A stretch of DNA of 59,261 bases, the filler included, from Sphacelaria rigidula (taxonomy: Eukaryota): NCBI GenBank assembly GCA_964200075.2. It is 10 parts of 10 records of this genome, joined end to end, with 100 filler letters (N's around TTAATTAATTAA, not from the genome) between each part and the next. Parts side by side here need not be neighbours in the genome. Positions count along the whole stretch, not along the records: positions 1 to 5,837 come from CAXNAA020024078.1; positions 5,938 to 11,774 come from CAXNAA020024079.1; 8 more parts are not named here. The stretch is one strand, 5' to 3'. Below are positions 1 to 11,294 of the stretch, piece by piece (position 1 is the first letter of the stretch; each line of letters starts with the position of its first letter). The notes beneath the pieces are model-generated. The model was not told the origin of the DNA. It did not search any database and saw only the letters and a list, made by a program, of their open reading frames with translations. Position numbers and translations under genes: made by a program.

Positions 1-243
1 CGAACAACAAACGGCGAAGCCCCCCCCCCTCCCGGGGAGCGGCCCCCGGCAAAGCAGCGGGGGGAAGGCGGTTAATCCCCCCCCCCCCCCCCCCCCGGCT
101 GGTGACGGTGCTCCGTCTCGAAAGGGATGCGTGGTGAATGGTCACACGACTAAGGCAAGTAACAAATGAGTACGCTCCCCCACCCCACCCCGGCTGGTGA
201 GGGGGCCCCGCCGCAGGCAAGAAAATTACGGCATTTGGCTTCA
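1..243. repeat. Dispersed repeat family A, copy 1
   Basis: CTCCGTCTCGAAAGGGATGCGTGGTGAATGGTCACACGACTAAGGCAAGTAACAAATGAGTACGC...GGCATTTGGCT recurs at 11875-11945 and 55783-56078. Confidence 0.85.
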
Positions 244-852
244 CATCTCTTCAAAATCGCGGTAAGTTCTAGCCGCCTAGCGCCAGCACTTCGAGCACGT
301 AATCGGTGCGCAAAAATCTGTATGTATGGGGGAAAAGAAAGTATCACTGAACTTTGCGACCCGAATTCAAAACTCGAAGCGGTGATACGGTAGTGCAGCA
401 TACATAGCGCTCCGCGTGTACCGCCCAAGCGCCATTGAGTGTGACTTCGTCCGCCAGAAAAATCTGACCGAAATCTCGACTCTTCCTCATGCTTCGGCAT
501 CACGTTGACCAGCCATTACTGAACGCGTATAACGCTTGACGCCGACAGGATAGAAGCAAAGCACACACAACAACGCTACGAAACGCAGTCTTGCTTCACT
601 CACATTTCAATTCCGCTCAATCAACAGCTGTCCGTGCCCAATCCCTGTTTTTTTTTACACCGGAGTATTAGGTTACATTGTCTGCGATATTCGTGTCTAC
701 GTCTAGGTGTGTGCGCTGTGCGGTCGTGTACTCGCGTCTGTAACAGCGTCCCCACGGTCATTGTAGTACGACAATACTTGAGAAATATTGACTTGAGTAT
801 GACATACATATACACAGAATACTTTGGGGTATGGCACATATGTCGGGTAAAA

Positions 853-947
853 TAACTGGTTCAACTGGTTACAAAACAGATCAGTCAACCAGTCGTACCA
901 GTTACCGGTAACTGGTCAGTTCAACTGGCAGCCAGTTCACAACTCTA
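853..947 (-). mobile_element. hAT-like element terminus with AACTGG/CCAGTT subterminal repeats
   Basis: Minus strand starts TAGAGTTGTGAACTGGCTGCCAGTT; near-identical start TAGAGTTATGAACTGGCTGTCAGTT at 13560. Confidence 0.5.
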
Positions 948-956
948 CGTGTCTGT

Positions 957-1170
957 CCAGAATATGGAGCAACTCAGCGGAGGGTGTAATCCAAATGCAA
1001 GATGAACGGTACGCTTCGGGCCGAACAATCTTGGCAGGATGAAGATCACCCTTCATGCGACTCGCCGAACAAACCACCGTGCTTCGCGCTTGGTGATTGA
1101 TTGCGAGCCTGATCCGGCGAAAACCCGGCGTGCTCCGTCCCGGCTTTGTAGGGATGCGAGGTCAATGGTG
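957..1170. repeat. Dispersed repeat family B, copy 1
   Basis: Colinear with 20775-20990 (GCTTCGG.CCGAACAATCTT.GCAGGATG...GCGAAAACCCG.CGTGCTC.GTCC.GGCTTTGTA.GGAT.CGAGGTCAATG). Confidence 0.85.
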
Positions 1171-1548
1171 ATGAAGCCTACGGTATGCGATACCATGATT
1201 ACACCCCTCTCTCCCCTCTTGTTCACTAGATCTCTTGTTGAGTTTTTGCGTGCAGCCAGAGCTACTGCTTACTAGTGGAAGATTGGTCGGCTAGGGAAAA
1301 GACCGACTTGTCTGGACTGTCCGCTTTTCCCAGCCTTGGCTGCTACAGTACATAATTTCACACGTGCGCAATATCGTAGGTCGTCTTGAGGTTGGATCGG
1401 ATCGTGATGTAGCGCTTTTCAGATATATGTTCTACTCCGAATCGACGCTGTTTACGCAGAGTTCGCAGCCTCGAAAAGTCCTTGCTTCGCGTCCCCGTTC
1501 GATGTCGTATGTGCCATGTGTGTTTGTGACCATGGTTGGGGAGTACAG

Positions 1549-1986
1549 GAAGATGTACACGGGTTGGTGAAGGCGCACGGTGGAGCGACGATCCGTTTTG
1601 TCCAAGGCAGCGCTCTATTTACGGATACTTCGATCTTGATCCAAAACCCGCTTCCCGTGCGCCTCGACGACGAGGCCGTTGTTGTTGAGGACATGTACTC
1701 CACCAAGTACCTGAGCGACCACGAGTTCGTCAAACTCAGCCTCCAGCAAGTGGACGAGAGCGAGCTTCTGTCCGAAGACGGAGTTCTAGGTCTGACCGAC
1801 ATCACCGCCACTTCTGAACAACACAGTACAGCGGAAGGCGAGCTCATCGAAATGATCCAAGTGTTGGGAAGCAATGGGGCGGCGATCGCGACTTGCGACG
1901 ACCTGGCCGCAAGCTACGCAGCCACCGAAGAGCAAGAGCTCACGTTGGTACTCATGGAAGATTTCATTACGTGCGCGGACAAGAAG
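1549..1986 (+). CDS. Internal exon of an adhesin-like / polymorphic-membrane-protein-like repeat protein (partial gene)
   Basis: CAG acceptor ending 1548, AAG|GT donor at 1987, phase 0, GC3-rich codons; EDVHGLVKAHGGATIRF...IATCDDLAASYAATEEQELTLVLMEDFITCADKK. Family assignment is recalled similarity to brown algal adhesin-like proteins. Confidence 0.65.
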
Positions 1987-2407
1987 GTGGAGTCACTATT
2001 TGTGCTATGCTATGAGTCACGGCAGGAACGCCTGATACTGTTGTCCCGAGGTGTCGGTTTCTGTTGTTGTGGTAGTGTAGAATGCAGGGTACACAGAGTC
2101 ACTACTGGGGAGTCTACGCTTAGTATTATCGCATGCTATCGTGTCCGGTGTCTGTGTTGGGCGCCAGGAAAAGAAGACATACGGAACAGATGATATCAGC
2201 TGTCAGGGGAAAGCACTCGCAGCACGAGAGCAAGTCTTTTTGCATAATCAGTGCTCGCGTGTGGAAGGCGACGTTAGTGAACCTCTGATGTAAGGAGATG
2301 TGGCTGGGTGTCGTAAATATCTGTATCGTAACACTCCCTTTTCCACATATCCCGTGTCATTCCTTGCGTGTTCTGTCATTTGGACCTCTCAAATTTATGA
2401 ATCCCAG

Positions 2408-2542
2408 GTGGTCCACATCGTGGGACACGGGGTCGTGCATCTCGTCGGCAATCACGCCATGTTCGACAATGTTCACTTCGTGATCGAGGAAGATGCTACG
2501 CTATCGTTCTTCGTTCAGAGCGCCATACTGGACAGTACCCAG
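2408..2542 (+). CDS. Next exon of the same adhesin-like gene (45 codons)
   Basis: CCCAG|GTG acceptor and CAG|GTGAGG donor, phase 0; VVHIVGHGVVHLVGNHAMFDNVHFVIEEDATLSFFVQSAILDSTQ joins in frame to the previous exon. Confidence 0.7.
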
Positions 2543-3001
2543 GTGAGGTTGCCCTCTTCCCGTGCTCTGTCGACAGCTACGTACTTTAGGGCTGAATCGC
2601 AAGGAGGAGCTGTCACCCCAAAAGCTTGGGCGTAAAAATGATTTCAAGGACTGATAGGAAATTGACAGCTGACATTATTATTGATGCGTACGACTTGGAG
2701 GTACTCGTGAAGTAGTCATACTTGTCGGCGGCTAAGGGCTACGGGCTATCGTTTCTATCATTACGCACGTAACGAATAAAGCGGGAAAAATCCGTATGGA
2801 CGCGCAGATTCGGCAGAGGAAACAAATGAGTAGGGGGCACAAATGCTCGAGTTCTGTGTACAACAAGTTTGGTTCTCCACGGAATACGCAGCATCATTGT
2901 TTGCCGTTTTTTTGCCTAGTATCCAGGACCATCCAACAAATTCTAGCACCTGCCAACGATTGGGATAGGTCCGGTGCATTTGAAACTCCTCGAGAATGCA
3001 C

Positions 3002-5015
3002 TACAGGCTGGTTCACGCAAAAGATCCAAAAATTCTGTGATCAGCAAGTGCCTTCTGTAATACGCACCCAATAGTCGCATACATGGTATCATAGTGACCG
3101 CAATAAACAGACGGAGACGGCGACATAGCGGGATATTCGTTCAAGGCTGTAGCGGTGGCGCTATGGACAATAATGTGTCTCGATCAATCAGCGCCTTCCG
3201 ATTTTTTCTGAAATTGAAAACACGTATTCCAAGCCTAATTTCCACCGAGTCTCCGCATGCTTCAAATCATAGTGACTGTCACCAGCTCGGGAATCTAACG
3301 GGAGGAACAGGTTTGAAACGGTTCGAACGGGGTCGAATGATGCCCGAAATCACCATGTTTTGATGATGCGGAGATTTGGCGTCGTCTCATTTCCGCTCAT
3401 GATACGTACGAAAGACCCAGGGAGCCTCGTGACGGTGTCCCCTATATCTGTTGTAGAAAAGCTCAGATCATCCTCAAACTTGGCAGCTCCGTAGGTATTG
3501 ATGCTCCTCATGGAAAAAATCGTACTCTTGGCAACATTTCGAATCTTCTTCGGTCTCTACCGGCTTCCGGGGGTCCCAATATGAAGACCCCCGGAAGGCG
3601 GTACAGAATGCCTAAAAAGAAAAAAGAAAGACATGATGCGTCCCGGGATAGTCCGAGGAACACAGGTACAAAGTTTGGTCGGGAAACTCGAAAATCTCAT
3701 ACGGTTGTTCTTGCCTTGACGTGAAATTCACCCCAAAAAGACGTTTTCGTACTAAAACCAAGTAGTAAGATGTTTGAGCGCTTCAAACTCACGTCCTCGC
3801 ACAAACGCGCGAGCCTTCACGCAGTTATTAGAAGTTGGACGCTGAACCTTTGCACGAATGTTCTATGGATCATTCCGCAAGTTTCGATCGACGAGTCTTT
3901 TTGCCTGTCGACTTTTTTCACCGTTTTTCGGGGGTCCGACGGAAGCCAGGTCGTTTTCTCGAAGTCGTCTCCATTCTGGGACCGCGGAAAACCGGCACTA
4001 CGATGTTTTCCACGTTTGTTTCCCAAACGCCCTGTCGCCGCAAAACCCAAGGAGAGCCCCGCAAACTTTCGTGGCCAAAGTCGATCAACTGATGCTTGAA
4101 TTTTCATGTTCACGTCAACGAAGGCCCAAAAACGCCGTTTCCGTACAAAATTCTAGTAGTTTTCGGTTTCACCGTTGCACGACAAGGTCAATCACACAAA
4201 CGCGGAAAACTTCACACCGTTTCAAGGAGTTCGACCCTAATTTTTTGCACAAATGTGCTATGGGTAAATACGCAACTTTGGATGATCGAGTTTGTTTTTC
4301 ACGGTTTTATGGGAGTCCGACTGGATAACCGACCTGTATTACAGGCTGGTTCACGCTCATCACCCAAAATTGTGTCACCAGCAGACGCCTTCCGCAATAC
4401 CTACCCAATAGTCGCGTACATGATATCATACTGACCGCCATGGACAGCTGAAGAACGTGACATAGCCGGAAATGTGTGTAAGGTCATAGTGGTAGCGCTA
4501 AGGGCGAAAAGGTATATCGACCAATCAGCGCCCGTAATACTATTCCGAGATCGAAATTACGAATTCCAAGCCCAATTCTCTCCCAATCTCCACATGCTTC
4601 AAATCGTAGTAACCGTCATCGGCTCGGAAATCTAACGAAAAAACATGTTTCAAAACGGTTACTACGGGCGTCGAGTTATACCCGAAACCGTGATGATTCG
4701 GTAATGTCGGGTGTCGGCGTCGTCTAATTTCCGCTCATGATACGCACGAAAGACGCAGGGAGCCTCGTGACGGTGTCCCCTATATTTGTTGTAGAAAAGC
4801 TCAGATCGCCGTCAAACTTGGCAGTTTCGTAGATATTGATGCTTAAAATGAAAAAAAAATGTATTTTCGACGATATTTCATGATTTCTCCGTTCTATACC
4901 GGCTTCCGGGGGTCCCAATATGAAGACCCCCGGAAGGCGGTACAGAATGCCCCCAAAACAAAAATCATGAAATGATGCGTCTCGCGATAGTCCAAGGAAC
5001 ACATGTACAAAGTTT
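3002..5015. repeat. Nested direct repeats: about 670-bp unit (3002-3676 and 4340-5015) enclosing an about 210-bp unit (about 3735-3945 and 4125-4325)
   Basis: Shared blocks TACAGGCTGGTTCACGC, GGGAGCCTCGTGACGGTGTCCCCTATAT, CCGGCTTCCGGGGGTCCCAATATGAAGACCCCCGGAAGGCGGTACAGAATGCC, GTACAAAGTTT. Confidence 0.9.
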
Positions 5016-5065
5016 CATACGTCGGACAAGCACGAGTGTGACTCGTGGCACTCGCATTCGTTGGG

Positions 5066-5259
5066 TTGCTCGTCGTCCGTGAAAATTAATAGGGCGAGCA
5101 CTCGGGTCATTGCTCGTAGTGGGAAAAAATTAATAGGGCAAGCACTCGGGTCATTTCTCGTTGTGGGAAAAAATCGTTAGGGCGAGTACTCGAGTCATTG
5201 CTCGTTGTGGAAAAAATCAATAGGGCGAGCACTCGAGTCGTTGCTCGTTGTTGAAAATT
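5066..5259. repeat. 43-44-bp minisatellite, about 4.5 copies
   Basis: TAGGGC(G/A)AG(C/T)ACTCG(G/A)GTC.TT.CTCGT.GT.G.AAAA starting at 5090, 5134, 5178, 5221. Confidence 0.9.
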
Positions 5260-5837
5260 TTAACCCCTTTGTGACCGGGCCTCCAGAACGACCAGTGAGG
5301 CTGGTCAGGAATGACGTGTCTGGCGTCTGCACAAAACAGTGGCATGTTGCTGAAAATACGCGTATGTAACGGCAGGGTTATGACGAAGACCGAAAGTTTC
5401 ATCCAATCTGTTTTCAGGTGCAGGGTGCGCATTAGATAATGAACATCTGATGTAGTACGCAGTAGTATGTGTCGCCGTTCAATAGAGAACTTTCAACAGG
5501 ATGCGGCGACCGGCGGGCCGCCCGCCACTTGTGGCTTTGGATGATATTATTGTCCCCATCACCTTTCCACACAGCCCTTCGTGGTCGGGGTGGGCCGCCA
5601 TTTCCCTCCTTATTGCAAGAGGCAAAATATCTCGGAAGGATATGGGCGTTGCGGTGCACATACATACAACAGTACAAAACAGTGCAGTGCGCCTCTCCGA
5701 ATGCAGCAGCAGCAGCTGCCGCCGCATATTCCCTTGCGCGTTCTGGGCAGTTCTGAGCGACGGAGGTCAGCTGCCTATACACAGCTTCTTCATCCCCGTC
5801 TACTACATACATGTTCACAGTGTTCTGCAAGTCATCG

Positions 5838-5937
5838 NNNNNNNNNNNNNNNNNNNNNNNNNNNNNNNNNNNNNNNNNNNNTTAATTAATTAANNNNNNN
5901 NNNNNNNNNNNNNNNNNNNNNNNNNNNNNNNNNNNNN
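5838..5937. other. Artificial contig linker (44N-TTAATTAATTAA-44N)
   Basis: Identical 100-bp structure at nine places; the 12-mer gives stops in all six frames. Confidence 0.99.
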
Positions 5938-5939
5938 AC

Positions 5940-7560
5940 TTTATTTTCTGATATCGCCGCTTCCCGATACAGCCACAGCTTATACACTGCCTCCTGGGGG
6001 AGGCGGGGGGGGGTACTCATGATCATGCTTGCCATAGTCAGAAGACCATTGACCTCGCATCCCTCCTGGGGGAGGGGGGGTGAAGCACAGACGAAACAAA
6101 AGCAAACAAAAATACAAGAAACCACCGGGAAAAGATGGAACAAAGTAGAGATGGGGACCAAATACATGCCCTGCGTATCTGGCGTAGGCTACGGTGAGGT
6201 ACTGTTGGTACTGTCAGTCCCAGGTGCTGTCAGTTTCTTATACCGCCTTGTATGGCAACCAAAGCGTTTTTGCACGAACATGAGAATTCCAGCCCGTGCA
6301 CATCCAATTTCCTCCCTTGGAACGATGTTTCGGACCCCACTGCGTTGGGCAACGTCATCGTTCCCGCCCAGCTCTGAGGAAACCAAATCAATCAGATTTT
6401 GTGGACGCTGACTTCGGGAGATTCCCGCAACTCCACGAATCTAGGGTCCCAAATCAGGGGAAAACGGGAGTTTTTCCTTTTGAGCAGGAAGCTCATGAAC
6501 CATACGAGCGCCCAAAGAATCGGACTACTGATCTCTTTCCTCACAACTAGGCGGGTTATAGCCGAACGGAATGGGGCCCGAAATATCAATCAACTGGAGA
6601 ATATCCGCTGTAGACAACGTGTAATCCTCGTACTCGTAAAAATACGGATCAATTGATTTTCAACATGGTCTTGAGTCTCTTCTCCACTCAATGCTCACAA
6701 TTATGCATCATTCTAACGATTTTCCATCGGTTTTCAGGTTCTGGTAAAATGACGTCAGCTCACCATTGAAAAACCCCTCAGAGCACACATTTTTCAATTT
6801 TTTCTGTTGATCCGTAATTCTAGTGAAGAATAGAAAGATGTGAATCATGGCTCTAGACCAGCCTAGGTCGTAAGCCTCGCTCGAAAGAGCTGTCGAGTGG
6901 GCCGGTGCTGACGGCGTGCATAGTTACTTTCCGTCAAGTCCGTCCCCCCCAGGGGTGGGGTGTTTTCCCCCTCATGTGTCCATTCTCAACGGTTGTTACG
7001 GTACACCAACATCTTGTCGCGTTCCCAATAACGCCCGATGAACTCCAAGTCAAAAGTGAGCTGCGACATGACCAACGAAGTGGTGAGTGGCGCCAACACT
7101 CCAATGAAGTGCCGGACCTGCTCCATCTCATCAACCTGGGCCTCAAGGGCAGGGGTGGTGGGTGGTGATTCGCCCGATGTTGAAAAAAGGGTCACCATTG
7201 GCTCGATACCACTGCACGAAGGCATTATAGAAGACTCAGACGTGTGGATCAGCATACCAAGACGCCATCCGGACGAAGAGAGAACAGCAAGGAGCCACAA
7301 AGTGAAATCCCATCCGTAGTAACACACGGAAGAGTAAGAGCCTACAGGAGGCAGGGCGAGACGCCGACACGCGTTGTCACGGTCCAAAAGTCACGATGGG
7401 CTATACATCATCCTAGTAAAATACCATCGTTGACCACAGGTTCAACGGGTAGTAGATTACGAGAATTTAAAGCTCAAGATAGCTCGTTTCACCAGCGAAT
7501 ATCACAAGAGTATCTTGTACGCTATCAGCCAACTTCGCACCAATACTCGATACACTGTCC
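5940..7560 (-). mobile_element. Possible decayed LTR retrotransposon 5' part (LTR end, PBS, degenerate gag)
   Basis: Minus strand ...GTGCAG TGGTATCGAGCC (7211-7200) resembles the initiator-Met PBS TGGTATCAGAGC; it is followed by an ATG and stop-ridden frames. Confidence 0.3.
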
Positions 7561-8659
7561 ACATTTCCTAGCCCTTGGGCCCTCCGATCAACTCTTCGCC
7601 CCGAGGCGAGGGGGGCCATTCATATATCAGTCAAGAGAAATCCTGAATTCCCCACATCTTCGACAATGGATTACATTGGCGAAGAGTGCAGTGCGAACGG
7701 TGTTGGCTATTCCGTGTATTGCTGTAGACAAAAGCCTCCATAATGTACCCAGTACATTTTTAGCCATTTTCTGTCCGACATGTGGAATTTTCACCGAATA
7801 AATTCCATAAAATAATATTAAAAAACATCACTCGAGGGAGCTACCGAAGCTTCAAACATCACGACATAACACAAACAGCACACGAAAGTTTTCCTCACTT
7901 CATTCCACCAGACTTGTACAGTATAACGCCATCTCTACATGTACAAGAGAATCGACATGAATTCTCGAAGCCATCTCACCCAGCACAGGCCGTGGTCCTC
8001 AACACCCACAATACACTAAAAAATAACATACAATCCGAATCACACGACCAGGATAGTCACCATCTCAGAAGGGAACTCCTTCTTTTCCTAATTAAGTTCG
8101 GAAGTTATTTGACGCCTCGTAAGTAATCGGCATCTGTCATGACAGAAACTACACAAAAATACGCACCAGTGGTCACTTCATCAGTCGGAATAATTTGCTG
8201 AAACAAAAAGAATGTGCTCGGAGAGCACACGATGCAGTTATCCGGCAACCACGTAATGTGTCACCATGCAAATCGAGTTCACCCCGCGATCTCACACCGC
8301 TCTCAAAGGGTCGGCAGCAAAACGATCCAGCCAAGGGGACAAAAATTACAAACTTCCAAATGCTCGACTTGGGCACTGGAAGGAAAATTCCTAGCTGCTG
8401 TGCTCGGCGACACTGAAGTTCGTCACTTGCGAGCTGAAGGGTATGCATGCGTTCTTCCACTTGCATCGCCTTCAACCCGCTCTGAAAAATGAAAAATTGG
8501 CCCCACTAGTTTCACACATACAGGGATCAAGAATGATCGCAAACGTTCTCCTCAGAAGTTGTTCGGGGTGAACTGCTTGAAACCGAGCATGCTGAGGACC
8601 TGATGGAACACCAAAAATTACCGACGGCGAAAGGGAAAGGCGACGATTCGCGGAGAAGG

Positions 8660-8766
8660 AGGAGGGGGGGGGGGGGGGGAAAGAGGGGACGGGGAACCAC
8701 GCGGACGACCGGGGGGAACGAAAAACAAGCGAAGGGCCCAGCCCCCCCAAACAANNNNNNNNNGGG

Positions 8767-8812
<46 letters not shown>
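8660..8812. other. Poly-G low-quality tract around an internal scaffold gap
   Basis: Long G homopolymers flanking a 9-N gap. Confidence 0.8.
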
Positions 8813-8813
<1 letters not shown>

Positions 8814-9035
8814 AAGTGAGGCACAGGAATCACGACTGTCATCGGTGCGTACAGTCAGCACTGTAGGGGGCATGTCGCCACTAATCAAAGGGCATCACGT
8901 CGGATGTACGTATGTAACGTTGTTGAGGAACACGCGGGGTTTTCGCCAAGTGACGGTCAGAAGGAAAGCTTCATTAGCCGAGCCCGAGTGAAGACGGGAC
9001 TTCCAGAGGGAAAAGAGTACTAGCAAATGTCTCGC

Positions 9036-9167
9036 CTTCGACGCGCCCAGGAAGGCCGCTGTGATGGAGCACTCCAGGAAGTCGCCCGTTGGCTGCCGTG
9101 AGTACACCTCCTCCGCTACCTTGGGGTTAGCGTACGGCCCCGCCAACCGGTACTGGTGCATAGTAAA
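9036..9167 (-). CDS. Flavin-containing monooxygenase, fourth visible exon (3' boundary uncertain)
   Basis: GTGCAG acceptor; FTMHQYRLAGP continues the FMO FGP..xQYRLxGP motif; ends either at AAG|GCGAG (GC donor) or at the stop at 8895. Confidence 0.85.
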
Positions 9168-9411
9168 CTGCACAGCAAGCCACATTCGATCAGGCGATCA
9201 GCATTGCGTCAAGTTATCACAGACGGCTGAAATAAGGTTCCGATAGGCGAAAAAGAAAGGGCTCCGCACAGAAGGAGCACATACGGGGCGTTGTATCTAC
9301 GCGGCATGTGGCACAAGGCGGGGTCCCTGTAACGGTCGCAGATCGTATCACATACTGCATTCACAATGCAGGAGCCTGTCATGAAGAGGAAGAGGTGAAC
9401 GCGAACCTCAC

Positions 9412-9750
9412 CGGACCGAACATGAGAGCCATCCACAGCTTGGGCTTGGTGAGGAATATCTTCCTCAGCGGTGGTAACGTGCCCATCTCCTTCGCCAAGT
9501 CATCCGTGTAGATCTGGAAGTCTACCAGACCCTTGACTCGCTTTGCATCGTAACCGAAGCGCCAGTCATACTGCGCCTTGTCCTGCAGTGCCACCTCCAC
9601 CTGCTTGGCGCGACACGGCAACTTGAGGTCGCCGTTCATGATCATCGCGTAGAACCTGGACTGCATCTCCGATGTCGGAGGAATGGATCCGAACGCTGGC
9701 CGAGCGAAGCCGAAGTACGCTACCTCCCCGTTGTAGTTAGGGTGGAACAC
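9412..9750 (-). CDS. Flavin-containing monooxygenase, third visible exon
   Basis: CTGCAG acceptor, CCG|GTGAGG donor, 113 codons; VFHP...YFGFARPAFGSIPPTSEMQSR and DFQIYTDDLAKEMG...PKLW...FGP are typical FMO C-terminal motifs. Confidence 0.93.
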
Positions 9751-10471
9751 CTGCAGACGTGGGAAGACAAGTCAAGGATCGGGGCGTAGCGGGATCTGCG
9801 GTTTGTTTGTGTATCGGTACGAATCGTTACAAAGTGCAACGGATCAAGCTGCCGGATTAAAGCGAAGCAAGAATCGGATTCGGCGTTGTCCTGAAAAGGA
9901 GTGGTAACAATAGTACAGTACGGCCTTCATCCAATAATATCGTCAAGCAACGCAGCAGGCAATTGCGTTTCCTCATCCCTCCCACCCAGCGGGCAAGTAG
10001 TATCGTGGTAACCATGTGGGATAGCAGAATATACTTGTATGCGTATAAACGCAAAAAAGCGCAAGGTATTTACGGGCGTGCGGTGCACAAGGGGCATCTG
10101 ATTGTAGAAATGCTACTTAAGACGGAGTCGATATACCGCCTTCACCTTGAGTTCGGGATTAGTAGCATTTCGCGCCGTTTACTTGCATATGCTTGCCGAC
10201 GAAATTTTCATAAAACTATTCCAGATTCACAAGAGAGGAAAAGGCACATATATTGGGGAAGACGGCGAAGTTGGACAGCTGAACGTGAGTTGATGACGAT
10301 TCAACATATGATATGCTCTCTTCCCTTTGCAGGCTGAATCTTGCGCTGAAGGAACATACCATGAACGCGGTTATAATCGTAGAAGCTGGACTGCAACATA
10401 CCATGGCATGCAAGGCCGCCTTCGAAAAGGCGCAAGAGGCAGCAACACTGCGGTCATCTATAGGCACGGAC

Positions 10472-10618
10472 CTGCTTGTAGAGAAGGCGTGGGTTTTGTC
10501 CGTACTCGTTGATGTCGGGGTGCGACTCCTCCGCGAAAGGGAAGGTGTTGCGGTAACCGGTGCATGCCACGATCACGTCCGCTTCGAAAGTTGTACCGTC
10601 ACCGAACACGGCGGTGTT
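10472..10618 (-). CDS. Flavin-containing monooxygenase, second visible exon
   Basis: CAG acceptor, CAG|GT donor, 49 codons; carries the FMO motif VFGDGTTFEADVIVACTGY..FPF. Confidence 0.92.
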
Positions 10619-10883
10619 CTGTTCATTTTTCCGTGAGTTGTTGACGTGCATGCAACACAAGATCGGCACATACGGGTGGCTCAAGAAATCAGACACGTTC
10701 AGAGCTCATCGCCCAGGTCGAGGAGATCAAACGACAAGGAAGCACGGGCGGTCGTCTGACTTTCTCGGCATAAATCAGTCAACCCTCATCGCAGTTTTTT
10801 GTGCAGCATCGATTTCACACTTCGCATGGTTTCCAACTTAGCCCCGATGCCCCCCCCGCCCGTCCACCAGTGGGGATGCGATA

Positions 10884-10989
10884 TTAACCCTTAAACCGCG
10901 AGGAGGGTAGCCTCTGCATCACGCTTACTTTTCAAGTGAACTTTGATGCGGATTCAGGAGGTGACCCATCCTCGCGGTCAGGGGGTTGA
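10884..10989. mobile_element. About 105-bp TIR MITE in FMO intron, piggyBac-like ends
   Basis: TTAACCCTTAAACCGCGAGGAGGGT ... ACCCATCCTCGCGGTCAGGGGGTTGA are imperfect inverted repeats. Confidence 0.7.
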
Positions 10990-11140
10990 CCCTTTCGGAA
11001 CCTGTTGACGATTTTGTTGTGGGAATCGATTTCATTTTCACCTCGGGTTGAGTCCTTAGGGAGTCGTCAGTCTCTCACGACCATTAACCCTTTTGGAACC
11101 CATTGACGATTTTGTTGTGGGAATCGGCATCATTTTCATT
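10986..11140. repeat. Two direct copies of a TT(A/G)ACCCTTT.GGAACC MITE terminus
   Basis: ACCCTTT.GGAACC..TTGACGATTTTGTTGTGGGAATCG....CATTTTCA at about 10989 and 11087. Confidence 0.75.
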
Positions 11141-11294
11141 CAAGTCAAAATGGAGTCATTCACGAGAACAAAAAACGTCACCTAGCGGGTTTTAAAAGCA
11201 CGACCATCGAGTACACTCCGTTGCCCCCCCACTCTTCTCCTCGCTTCTTTTTGACAATAGTATGGACAAATATGCTTTACTGCCGAGCGCTCAC

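Noticed and set aside
5882..5893. TTAATTAATTAA as a biological repeat or piggyBac target
   Set aside because: It is always centred in N runs, so it is a synthetic linker.
7360..7387. DRDNAC peptide as a TnpB/Fanzor RuvC-III motif
   Set aside because: Spacing differs from DRDxNA, there is no preceding zinc finger or RuvC-I/II, and it lies in probable LTR sequence.
8472..8888. Poly-Pro/poly-Gly ORFs
   Set aside because: They arise from homopolymer tracts around an assembly gap.
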